From the NCBI RefSeq assembly GCF_963921235.1, contig NC_086108.1, positions 2,294,001-2,358,000 on the forward strand: a stretch of 64,000 nt of DNA, given 5' to 3'. Source of the stretch: Mobula hypostoma. Taxonomy: Eukaryota. The position numbers and the translations under genes are program-made. Under the pieces are notes generated by a model that made no database searches, was not told where the DNA came from, and was given only the letters and a program-made list of their open reading frames with translations. Position 1 is the first letter of the stretch; each line of letters begins with the position of its first letter. Of the stretch, positions 30,501-42,076 are shown piece after piece.

Positions 30501-33500
30501 GAAGCTGTGGTTTGATGGAGATTGTGAAGCTGTGGTGTTGATGGAGATTGTGAAGCTGTGGTGTTGATGGAGATTGGGTGATGTGGTGTTGATGGAGATT
30601 GTGAAGCTGTGGTGTTGATGGAGATTGTGAAGCTGTGGTGTTGATGGAGATTGGGTGATGTGCTGTTGATGGAGATTGTGAAGCTGTGGTGTTGATGGAG
30701 ATTGTGAAGCTGTGGTGTTGATGAAGATTGGGTGGTGTGGCACTGACGGAGATTGTGAGGCTGTGGTGTTAATGGAGATTGTGAAGCTGTGGTGTTGATG
30801 GATATTCTGAATCTGTGGTGTTGATGGAGATTATGGAGTTGTGCTGTTGATGGAGATTGGCTGAGATGGTGTTGATGGAGATTGGGGTCTGTGGTGTTGA
30901 TGGAGATTGGGTCATGTGGTGTTGATGGCGATTGTGAAGCTGTGGTGTTGATGGACATTGTGAAGCTGTGATGTTGATGGAGTTTGTGAAGCTGCGGTGT
31001 TGATGGAGTTTGTGAAGCTGAGGTTTAGATGGAGACTGGGTATTGTTCTGTTAATGGAGATTGGGTGATGTGGTGTTGATGGAGATTGTGAAGCTGTGCT
31101 GTTGATGGATATTCTGAAGCTGTGGTGTTGATGGAGAGTATGGAGTTGTGGTGTTGATGGAGATTGGCAGATATGGTGTTGATGGAGATTGGTTCTGTGG
31201 TATTGATGGAGATTGGGTCATGTGGTGTTGATGGAGATTGGGTGATGTGGTGTTGATGGAGATTGGGTGATGTGGTGTTGAGGGAGATTGGGTGATGGGG
31301 TGTTTTTGGATATTGGGTGATGCGTGGTTGATGGAGATTGTGAAGCTGTGGTGTTCATGGACTTTGTGAACCTGTGGTGTTGATGGAGATTGAGAAGCTG
31401 TGGTGTTGATGGAGATTGGAAGCTGTGGTGTTGATGTCAATTTTGATGCTGTAGTGTTGATGGAGATTGTGAAGCTGTGGTGTTCATGGACTTTGTGAAC
31501 CTGAGGTGTTGATGGAGATTGAAAAGCTGTGGTGTTGATGTAGATTGGGTGATGTGGTGTTGATGGAGTTTGTGAAGCTGTGGAGTTGATGGAGATTGGG
31601 TGATGTGGCGTTGACGGAGATTGTGAAGCTGTGGTGTTGATGAAGATTGTGAAGCTGTGGTGTTGATGGAGTTTGTGAAGCTGTGGTGTTGATGAAGATT
31701 GTGAAGCTGTGGTGTTGATGGAGTTTGTGAAGCTGTGGTGTTGATGGAGATTATGAAGCTGTGGTGTTGATGGAAATTGGGTGATGTGGTGTTGATGGAG
31801 ATTATGAAGCTGTGGTGTTGATGGAGATTGTGAAGCTGCAGTGTTCATGGCCTTTGTGAACCAGTGGTGTTGATGGAGACTGAGAAGCTGTGGTGTTGAC
31901 GGAGATTGGAAGCTGTTGTGTTGATGGCGATTTTGACGCTGTAGTGTTGATGGAGATTGTGAAGCTGTGGTGTTCATGGAGTTTGTGAACCTGTGGTGTT
32001 GATGGAGATTGAGAAGCTGTGGTGTTGATGGAGATTGGAAGCTGTGGTATTGATGGCGATTGTGACGCTGTAGTGTTGATGGAGATTGTGAAGCTGAGGT
32101 GTAGGTGGAGATCGGGTGTTGTTGTGTTGATGGAGATTGGGTGACATGGTGTTGATGGAGATTGTGAAGCCGTGGTGTTGAAGGAGATTGTGAAGCTGTG
32201 GTGTTGATGGAGATTGGGTGATGTGTTGTTGATGGAGATTGTGAAGCTGTGGTGTTGATGGAGATTGTGAAGCTGTGGTGTTGATGGAGATTGGGTGATG
32301 TTGTGTTGATGGAGAGAGTGTGATGTGGTGTTCATGGAGCTTGGGTGATGTGGTGTTGATGGAGATTATGAAGCTGTGGTGTTGATGGAGATTGTGAAGC
32401 TGCAGTGTTCATGGACTTTGTGAACCAGTGGTGTTGATGGAGACTGAGAAGCTGTGGTGTTGACGGAGATTGGAAGCTGTTGTGTTGATGGCGATTTTGA
32501 CGCTGTAGTGTTGATGGAGATTGTGAAGCTGTGGTGTTGATGGAGTTTGTGAACCTGTGGAGTTGTTGGAGATTGAGAAGCTGTGGTGTTGATGGAGATT
32601 GGAAGCTGTGGTGTTGATGTCAATTTTGATGCTGTAGTGTTGATGGAGATTGTGAAGCTGTGGTGTTGATGGAGATTGTGAAGCTGTGGTGTTGATGGAG
32701 ATTGTGAAGCTGTGGTGTTGATGGAGATTGGGTGATGTGGTGTTGATGGAGATTGTGAAGCTGTGGTGTTGATGGAGATTGGGTGATGTGGTGTTGATGG
32801 AGATTGTGAAGCTGTGGTGTTGATGGAGATTGTGAAGCTGTGGTGTTGATGGAGATTGTGAAGCTGTGGTGTTGATGGAGATTGTGAAGCTGTGGTGTTG
32901 ATGGAGATTGTGAAGCTGTGGTGTTGATGGAGATTGGGTGATGTGGTGTTGATGGAGATTATGAAGCTGTGGTGTTGATGGAGATTGTGAAGCTGCGGTG
33001 TTCATGGACTTTGTGAACCAGTGGTGTTGATCGAGACTGAGAAGCTGTGGTGTTGACGGAGATTGGAAGCTGTTGTGTTGATGGCGATTTTGACGCTGTA
33101 GTGTTGATGGAGATTGTGAAGCTGTGGTGTTGATGGAGTTTGTGAACCTGTGGTGTTGATGGAGATTGAGAAGCTGTGGTGTTGATGGAGATTGGAAGGT
33201 GTGGTGTAGATGTCAATTTTGATGCTGTAGTGTTGATGGAGATTGTGAAGCTGTGGTGTTCATGGACTTTGTGAACCTGAGGTGTTGATGGAGATTGAAA
33301 AGCTGTGGTGTTGATGTAGATTGGGTGATGTGGTGTTGATGGAGTTTGTGAAGCTGTGGAGTTGATGGAGATTGGGTGATGTGGCGTTGACGGAGATTGT
33401 GAAGCTGTGGTGTTGATGAAGATTGTGAAGCTGTGGTGTTGATGGAGTTTGTGAAGCTGTGGTGTTGATGAAGATTGTGAAGCTGTGGTGTTGATGGAGT

Positions 33501-35125
33501 TTGTGAAGCTGTGGTGTTGATGGAGATTATGAAGCTGTGGTGTTGATGGAAATTGGGTGATGTGGTGTTGATGGAGATTATGAAGCTGTGGTGTTGATGG
33601 AGATTGTGAAGCTGCGGTGTTCATGGACTTTGTGAACCAGTGGTGTTGATGGAGACTGAGAAGCTGTGGTGTTGACGGAGATTGGAAGCTGTTGTGTTGA
33701 TGGCGATTTTGACGCTGTAGTGTTGATGGAGATTGTGAAGCTGTGGTGTTCATGGAGTTTGTGAACCTGTGGTGTTGATGGAGATTGAGAAGCTGTGGTG
33801 TTGATGGAGATTGGAAGCTGTGGTATTGATGGCGATTGTGACGCTGTAGTGTTGATGGAGATTGTGAAGCTGAGGTGTAGGTGGAGATCGGGTGTTGTTG
33901 TGTTGATGGAGATTGGGTGACATGGTGTTGATGGAGATTGTGAAGCCGTGGTGTTGATGGAGATTGTGAAGCTGTGGTGTTGATGGAGATTGGGTGATGT
34001 GGTGTTGATGGAGATTGTGAAGCTGTGGTGTTGATGGAGATTGTGAAGCTGTGGTGTTGATGGAGATTGGGTGATGTTGTGTTGATGGAGAGAGTGTGAT
34101 GTGGTGTTCATGGAGCTTGGGTGATGTGGTGTTGATGGAGATTGGGTGTTGCGGTGCTGATGCAGATTGTGAAGTTGTGGTGTTGATGGAGTTTGTGAAG
34201 CTGTGGTGTTGATGGAGATTGTGAAGCTGTGTTACTGATGGAGATTGTGAAGCTGTGGTGTTGACGGAGATTAGGTGATGTGGTGTTGATGAAGATTATG
34301 AAGCTGTGGTGTTGATGGAGATTGTGAAGCTGTGGTGTTGATGGAGATTGTGAATCTGTGGTGTTGATGGAGATTGGGTGATGCGGTGTTGATGGAAATT
34401 GTGAAGTTGTGGTTCGATGGAGATTGTGAAGCTGTGGTGTTGATGGACATTGGGTGATGTGGTGTTGATGGAGATTTGCTGATGTGGTGTTGATGGAGAT
34501 TGTGAAGTTGTGGTGTTGATGGAGATTGTGAAGCTGTGGTGTTGATGGAGATTGTGAAGCTGTGGTGTTGATGGAGATTGTGAAGTTGTGGTGTTGATGG
34601 AGATTGTGAAGCTGTGGTGTTGATGGAGATTGTGAAGCTGTGGTGTTGATGGAGATTTGCTGATGTGGTGTTGAAGGAGATTGTGAAGCTGTGGTGTTGA
34701 TGGAGTTTGTGAAGCTGTGGTGTTGATGGAGATTGGGTAATGTGGTGTTGATAGAGATTGTGAAGCTGTGGTGTTGATGGAGATTGTGAAGTTGTGGTGT
34801 TGATGGAGATTGTGAAGCTGTGGTGTTGATGGAAATTGTGAAGCTGTGGTGTTGATGGAGATTGGGTGATGCGGTTTTGATGGAGATTGTGAAGCTGTGG
34901 TGTTGATGGAGATTGTGAAGCTGTGGTGTTTTTGGTGATTGCAAAGCTGTGGTGTTGATGGAGATTGGGTGATGTGGTGTTGATAGAGATTGTGAAGCTG
35001 TGGTGTTGATAGAGATTGTGAAGCTGTGGTGTTGATGGAGTTTGTGAAGCTTTGGTGTCGATGGAGATTGTGAGGCAGTGGTGTTGTTGGAGATTGGGTG
35101 ATGCGGTGTTGATGGAGATTGTGAA
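520..35125. repeat. Satellite array core: 25/26-bp monomers with higher-order repeats
   Basis: Continuous tandem monomers gtggtgttgatggagattgtgaagct (26 bp), gtggtgttgatggagattgggtgat (25 bp) and gtggtgttgatggagattggaagct (25 bp). Degenerate monomers at about 520-620 mark the left boundary. Confidence 0.98.
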
Positions 35126-35360
35126 CATAGAACATAGAATAGTGCAGCACAGTACAGACCCTTTGGCCCACAATGTTGTGCAGACCCTCAGACCCTGCCT
35201 CCCATATAAGCCCCCACCTTAAGTTGCTCCATATACCTGTGTAATAGTCTCTTAAACTGCACTGGTGTATCTGCCTCCACCGCTGACTCAGGCAGTGCAT
35301 TCCACGCACCAACCACTCTCTGAGTAAAAAATCTTCCTCTAATATCCCCCTTGAACTTTC

Positions 35361-38300
35361 TAAACTAGGCAGCATCCTGGTAAATCTCCTCTGTACCCTT
35401 TCCAATGCTTCCACATCCTTCCTATAGTGAGGTGACCAGAACTGGACACAGTACTCGAAGTGCGGCCTAACCTGAGTTTTACAGACCTGCATCATTACAT
35501 CGCGACTCTTAAACTCTATCCCTCGACTTATGAAACTAACACCCCATAAGCTTTCTTAACTACCCTATCCACCTGTGAGGCAGCTTTCAGGGATCTGTGG
35601 ACATGTACCCCCAGATCCCTCTGCTCCTCCACACTACCAAGTATCCTGCCATTTACTTTGTACTCTGCCTTGGAGTTTGTCCTTCCAAAATATACCACCT
35701 CACACTTCTCCTGGTTGAACTCCACCTGCCACTTCTCAGCCCACTTCTGCATCCTATCAATGTCTCTCCGCAATCTTTGACAATCCTCTACACTATCTAC
35801 AACACCACCAACCTTTGTGTCGTCTGCAAACTTGCCAACCCACCCTTCTACCCCCACATCCAGGTCGTTAATAAAAATCACGAAAAGTAGAGGTCCCAGA
35901 ACAGATCCTTGTGGGACACCACTAGTCACAATCCTCCAATCTGAATGTACTGCCTCCACCACCACCCTCTGCTTTCTGCAGGCAAGCCAATTCTGAATCC
36001 ACCTGTACAAACTTCCCTGGATCCCATGCCTTCTGATTTTCTGAATAAGCCTACCGTGTGGAACCTTGTCAAATGCCTTACTAAAATCCATATAGATCAC
36101 ATCCACTACACTGCCCTCATCTATATGCCTGGTCACCTCCTCAAAGAACTCTATCAGGCTTGTTAGACACTATCTGCCCTTCACAAAGTCATGCTGACTG
36201 TCCCTGATTAGACCATGATTCTCTAAATGCCCAGAGATCCTATCTCTAAGAATCTTTTCCAACAGCTTTCCCACCACAGATGTAAGGCTCACTGGTCTAT
36301 AATTACCCGGACTACCCCTACTACCTTTTTTGAACAAGGGGACAACATTCGCCTCCCTCCAATCCTCCGGTACCATTCCCGTGGAGAACGAGGACATAAA
36401 GATCCTAGCCAGAGGCTCAGCAATCTCTTCTCTCGCCTCGTGAAGCAGCCTGGGGAATATTCTGTCAGGCCCCGGGGACTTATCTGTCCTAATGTATTTT
36501 AAGAACTCCAACACCTCCTCTCTCTTAATATCAACATGCTCCAGAACATCAAGCTCACTCATATTGTCCTCACCATCATCAAGTTCACTCTCATTGGTGA
36601 ATACCGAAGAGAAGTATTCATTGAGGACCTCGCTCACTTCCACAGCCTCCAGGCACATCTTCCCAACTTTATCTCTGATCGGTCCTACCTTCACTCCTGT
36701 CATCCTTTTTTTCTTCACATAATTGAAGAATGCCTTGGGGTTTTCCTTTACCCTACTCGCCAAGGCCTTCTCATGCCCCCTTCTTGCTCTTCTCAGCCCC
36801 TTCTTAAGCTCCTTTCTTGCTTCCCTATATTCCTCAATAGACCCATCTGATCCTTGCTTCCTAAACCTCATGTATGCTCCCTTCTTCCACCTGACTAGAT
36901 TTTCCACCTCACTCGTCACCCATGGTTCCTTCACCCTACCATTCTTTATCTTCCTCACCGGGACAAATTTATCCCTAACATCCTGCAAGAGATCTCTAAA
37001 CATTGAGCACATGTCCATAGTACATTTCCCTGCAAAAACATCATCCCAATTCACACCCGCAAGTTCTAGCCTTATAGCCTCATAATTTGCCCTTCCCCAA
37101 TTAAAAATTTTCCTGTCCTCTCTGATTCTATCCTTTTCCATGATAATGCTAAAGGCCAGGGAGCGGTGGTCACTGTCCCCCAGATGCTCACCCACTGAGA
37201 GATCTGTGACCTGACCCGGTTCATTACCTAGTACTAAATCTAGTATGGCATTCCCCCTGGTCGGCCTGTCCACATACTGTGACAGGAATCCGTCCTGGAC
37301 ACACTTAACAAACTCTGCCCCATCTAAACCCTTGGAACTAATCAGGTGCCAATCAATATTAGGGAAGTTAAAGTCACCCATGATAACAACCCTGTTATTT
37401 TTGCACCTTTCCAAAATCTGCCTCCCAATCTGCTCCTCGGTAACTCTGCTGCTACCAGATCGCCTATAGAATACCCCCAGTAGAGTAACTGCTCCCTTCC
37501 TGTTCCTGACTTCCATCCATATTGACTCAAAAGAGGATCCTGCTACATTACCCACCCTTTCTGTAGCTGTAATAGTATCCCTGACCGGTAATGCCACCCC
37601 TCCTCCCCTTTGCAATTTAATGTGGATAAATGTGAAGTTATCCACTTTGGTGGCAAAAACAGGAAAACAGATTATTATCTGAATGGTGGCCGATTAGGAA
37701 AAGGGGAGGTGCAACGAGACCTGGGTGTCATTATACACCAGTCATTGAAAGTGGGCATGCAGGTACAGCAGGCGGTGAAAAAGGCGAATGGTATGCTGGC
37801 ATTTATAGCGAGAGGATTCGAGTACAGGAGCAGGGAGGTACTACTGCAGTTGTACAAGGCCTTGGTGAGACCACACCTGGAGTATTGTATGCAGTTTTGG
37901 TCCCCTAATCTGAGGAAAGACATCCTTGCCATAGAGGGAGTACAAAGAAGGTTCACCAGATTGATTCCTGGGATGGCAGGACTTTCATTTGATGAAAGAC
38001 TGGATGAACTGGGCTTGTACTCGTTGGAATTTAGAAGATTGAGTGGGGATCTGATTGAAACATATAAAATCCTAAAGGGATTGGACAGGCTAGATGCAGG
38101 AAGATAGTTCCCGATGTTGGGGAAGTCCAGAACGAGGGGTCACAGTTTGAGGATAAAGGGGAAGCCTTTTAGGACCGAGATTAGGAAAAACTGCTTCACA
38201 CAGAGAGTGGTGAATCTGTGGAATTCTCTGCCACAGGAAACAGTTGAGGCCAGTTCATTGGCTATATTTAAGAGGGAGTTAGATATGGCCCTTGTGGCTA

Positions 38301-38734
38301 AAGGGATCAGGGGGTATGGAGGGAAGGCTGGTGCAGGGTTCTGAGTTGGATGATCAGCCATGATCATAATAAATGGCGGTGCAGGCTCGAAGGGCCGAAT
38401 GGCCTACTCCTGCACCTATTTTCTATGTTTCTATGTTTCTATGTTTCTATGTTTCTCCGCCCTCTCTAGCCCTTTTTAAGCACTGAAATCCAGGAATATT
38501 GAGAATCCATTCCTGCCCTGGTGCCAGCCAAGTCTCTGTAATGGCCACTACGTCATAATTCCATGTATGTATCCAAGCTCTCAGTTCATCACCTTTGTTC
38601 CTGATGCTTCTTGCATTGAGGTACACACATTTCAGCCCTTCTACCTTACTGCCTTTACACCATTTATTCTGCTTCTCTTTCCTCAAAGCCTCTTTGTATG
38701 TTAGATCTGGCTTTACTCCATACACTTCTTTCAC
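35361..38734 (-). pseudogene. CR1 ORF2 (APE endonuclease plus reverse transcriptase), disrupted
   Basis: YLNARSIRNK, ITETWL, GGGVA, MGDFNFP, SDH, KSPGPD, NYRPVSLTS, DFSKAFD, GVPQGSVLGP and FADD motifs. Broken by the nested insertion at 37610-38453, a stop at 36170, a frame break near 35528 and a deletion near 35360. Confidence 0.92.
37610..38453 (+). mobile_element. 5'-truncated CR1 nested in opposite orientation inside the larger CR1's endonuclease region
   Basis: QFNVDKCEVIHFG...LVRPHLEYC..QFWSP...RTRGHSL (RT C-terminus) followed by a 3'UTR and (tttctatg)n tail ending near 38453; the host ORF2 resumes on both sides. Confidence 0.93.
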
Positions 38735-38769
38735 TGCTCTATTGCTCTGGGTCCCATCCCCCTCGCAAA

Positions 38770-39711
38770 TTAGTTTAAACCCTCCCGAACCATGTTAGCA
38801 AACCTACCTGCAATGATATTGCTCCCCCTCAAGTTCAGGTGCAACCCATCCAATCTATACAGGCCCCACCTTCCCCAGAAGAGAACCCAATGATCTAAAA
38901 ATCTAAAACCCTGCTCCCTGCACCAACTCCTCAGCCACGCATTCAACTGCCATCTCCTCCAATTCTTACCATCACTGTCACGTAGCACTGGCAGCAATCC
39001 TGAGAACGCCACCCTTGAGGTCCTGTTCTTCAGCCTTCTGCCTAGTTCCCGAAACTCACACTTCAGGACCTCATCCCTCTTCCTGCCTATGTCGTTGGTC
39101 CCAACATGTATCACGACTTCTGGTTGCTTTCCCTCTCGTACCAGGATGTCGTGCACCCGGTCAGAGACATCCTGGATCCTGGCACCTGGGAGGCAACAAA
39201 CCATGCGGGTGTCCTTCTCGTGTCCACAAAATCTCCTGTCTGCTCCCCTGACTATAGAATCTCCAATGACGACAGCTCTCCTCTTCTCCACCCCAGCCTT
39301 CTGCACCACTGGGTCAGACTCAGTGCCGGAGGCCCTGCCACCGTGGCTCACACCTGGTCGGTCGTCCCCGCCAACAGTATCCAGTACAGTAAACTTATTA
39401 TTCAGGGGAATGGCTACAGGGGTGCTCTGCACTACCTGTCTGCTCACCTTTGCTTTCCCCCCTCTGACTGTCACCCAACAACCTGCTTCCGACAGCCTAG
39501 GTGTGACTACCTCCCTGTAGCTCTCATCTATGACTGCCTCATTCTCCCTTATGAGTCGAAGGTCATCTAGCTGCTGCTCCAGATTCCTTACACGGTCTTT
39601 CAGATCGCCCAGCGATATGCACTTCTGGCAGATGTGACTCTGCGGGAGAGGGGAGATCCCCCAAGACTGCCACATTTCACATGAGAGGCACATCACCGTC
39701 GCAGGAGACAT
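38770..39711 (-). CDS. CR1 ORF1 protein: zinc finger, leucine zipper and SGNH/GDSL esterase-like domain, intact (313 aa from first ATG)
   Basis: CLSC..CQKC, the heptad LKDRVRNLEQQLDDL, then VIGDSIVR, CLPGA, HVGTND and DGLHLN (SGNH blocks). No stops; first ATG at 39711 (the ORF track extends it to an alternative start at 39810). Confidence 0.9.
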   Translation of the reverse strand: MSPATVMCLSCEMWQSWGISPLPQSHICQKCISLGDLKDRVRNLEQQLDDLRLIRENEAVIDESYREVVTPRLSEAGCWVTVRGGKAKVSRQVVQSTPVAIPLNNKFTVLDTVGGDDRPGVSHGGRASGTESDPVVQKAGVEKRRAVVIGDSIVRGADRRFCGHEKDTRMVCCLPGARIQDVSDRVHDILVREGKQPEVVIHVGTNDIGRKRDEVLKCEFRELGRRLKNRTSRVAFSGLLPVLRDSDGKNWRRWQLNAWLRSWCREQGFRFLDHWVLFWGRWGLYRLDGLHLNLRGSNIIAGRFANMVREGLN

Positions 39712-39827
39712 TGTAAAAACTAACTGCGAGCTAGCTTGTCCTCCGCCTCTTCTCGTCGAAGCCTCTCGAGTCAAAGCCTCAAAGCTCCGCTCCTTCACTG
39801 GCCCACTCACTCACTGGCCTCTTCGCT

Positions 39828-40889
39828 TGAAGCTGTGGTGTTGATGGAGATTGTGAAGCTGTGGTGTTGATGGAGATTGGGTGATGTGGTGTTGATGGAG
39901 ATTGTGAAGCTGTGGTGTTGATGGAGATTGGGTGATGTGGTGTTGACGGAGATTGTGAAGCTGTGGTGTTGATGGAGATTGGGTGATGTGGTGTTGACGG
40001 AGATTGTGAAGCTGTGGTGTTGATGGAGATTGGGTGATGTGGTGTTGATGGAGATTGAATGATGCGGTGTTGATGGAGATTTTGAAACTGTGGTGTTGAT
40101 GGGGATTATGAAGCTGTGGTGTTGATGGAGATTGTGAAGCTGTGGTGTTGATAGAGTTTGTGAAGCTGTGGTGTTGATGGAGATTGTGTGATGCAGTGTT
40201 GATGGAAATTGTGAAGCTGTGGTGTTGATGGAGATTGTGACGCTGTGGTGTTGATGGAGATTGGGTGATGTGGTGTTGATGGAGATTGGGTGATGCGGTG
40301 TTGATGGAGATTGGGTGATGCGGTGTTGATGGAGATTGGGTGATGTGGTGTTGATGGAGATTGTGAAGCTGTGGTGTTGATGGAGATTGTCAAGCTGTTG
40401 TGTTGATGGAGATTGAGAAGCTGTGGTGTTGATGGAGATTGTGAAGCTGTGGTGTTGATGGAGATTGGGACATGCTGTGTTGATGGAGGCTGTGAGGGTG
40501 TGGTGTTGATGTAGATTCGGTTATGTGGTGTTGCTGGAGATTGTGAAGCTGTAGAGTTGATGGAGATTGGATGATGTGCTGTTGATTGAGATTGTGAAGC
40601 TGTGGTGTTGATGGGGATTGGTTGATGTGCTGTTGTTGAAGATTGGGTGATGTGGTGCTGATGGAGATTGGGTGATGTGGTGTTGATGGAGATTGGGTAA
40701 TGTGGTGTTCATGGAGTTTGTGAAGCTGTGGTGTTGATGGAGATTGGGTGATGTGGTATTGATGGAGATTGTGAAGCTGTGGTGTTTATGGAGATTGGGT
40801 GATGTGGTGTTGATGGAGATTGTGAAGTTGTGGTGTTGATGGAGATTGGGAAGCTGTGGTGTTGATGGAGATTGTGAAGCTGTGGTGTT
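39828..40889. repeat. Satellite, diverged edge segment
   Basis: Same 25/26-bp monomers, with many private substitutions, especially at 40440-40660. Confidence 0.95.
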
Positions 40890-42076
40890 ACATAGAAACA
40901 GAAAATAGGTGCAGGAGTAGGCCATTTGGCCCTTCGAGCCTGCACCGCCATTTATTATGATCATGGCTGATCATCCAACTCAGAACCCTGCACCAGCCTT
41001 CCCTCCATACCCCCTGATCCCTTTAGCCACAAGGGCCATATCTAACTCCCTCTTAAATAGAGCCAATGAACTGGCCTCAACTGTTTCCTGTGGCAGAGAA
41101 TTCCACAGATTCACCACTCTCTGTGTGAAGAAGTTTTTCCTAATCTCGGTCCTAAAAGGCTTCCCCTTTATCCTCAAACTGTGACCCCTCGTTCTGGACT
41201 TCCCCAACATCGGGAACAATCTTCCTGCATCTAACCTGTCCAATCCCTTTAGGATTTTATACTTTCAATCAGATTCCCCCTCAATCTTCTAAATTCCAAC
41301 GAGTACAAGCCCAGTTCATCCAGTCTTTCTTCATATGAAAGTCCTGCCATACCAGGAATCAATCTGGTGAACCTTCTTTGTACTCCCTCTATGGCAAGGA
41401 TGTCTTTCCTCAGATTAGGGGACCAAAACTGCACACAATACTCCAGGTGCGGTCTCACCAAGGCCTTGTACAACTGCAGTAGTACCTCCCTGCTCCTGTA
41501 CTCGAATCCTCTCGCTATAAATGCCAGCATACCATTCGCCTTTTTCGCCGCCTGCTGTACCTGCATGCCCACTTTCAATGACTGGTGTATAATGACACCC
41601 GGGTCTCATTGCAGCTCCCCTTTTCCTAATCGGCCACCACTCAGATAATAATCTGTTTTCCTATTTTTGCCACCAAAATGGATAACTTCACATTTAGCCA
41701 CATTAAATTGCATCTGCCATGAATTTGCCCACTCACCCAACCTATCCAAGTCACTCTGCATCCTCTTAGCATCCTCCTCACAGCTAACACTGCCACCCAG
41801 CTTCGTGTCATCCGCAAACATGGAGATGCTGCATTTAATTCCCTCATCCAAGTCATTAATATATATTGTAAACAACTGGGGTCCCAGCACTGAGCCTTGC
41901 GGTACCCCACTAGTCACCGCCTGCCATTCTGAAAAGGTCCCATTTATTCCCACTCTTTGCTTCCTGTCTGCTAACCAATTCTTTATTCACATCAATAACT
42001 TACCCCCAATACCGTGTGCTTTAAGTTTGCACACTAATCTCCTGTGTTGGACCTTGTCAAAAGCCTTTTGAAAATA
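40890..42076 (-). mobile_element. 5'-truncated CR1 inserted in the satellite, same subfamily as 37610-38453
   Basis: catagaaa tail at about 40891; FQKAFDKV, GVPQGSVLGP, FADD and LVRPHLEYC motifs with frameshifts; gtgtt repeated at 40885-40889 and 42077-42081. Confidence 0.93.

Larger units (their letters stand above)
35126..39827 (-). mobile_element. Near full-length CR1-type LINE inserted in the satellite
   Basis: (catagaa)n 3' tail at 35126; RT, APE endonuclease and ORF1 in LINE order on the minus strand; flanked by tgaa at 35122-35125 and 39828-39831, where the satellite monomer resumes in register. Confidence 0.95.

Noticed and set aside
632..35173. Mucin-like or histidine-rich protein gene from the many long minus-strand ORFs
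   Set aside because: Monomers are 25/26 bp, ORFs overlap in all three frames with the same words, and stops recur with higher-order variants. No signal peptide, unique domain or flanking exon is evident.
36227..39570. Plus-strand ORFs antisense to CR1 ORF1/ORF2 (excluding the nested CR1)
   Set aside because: These are shadow frames of LINE coding sequence.
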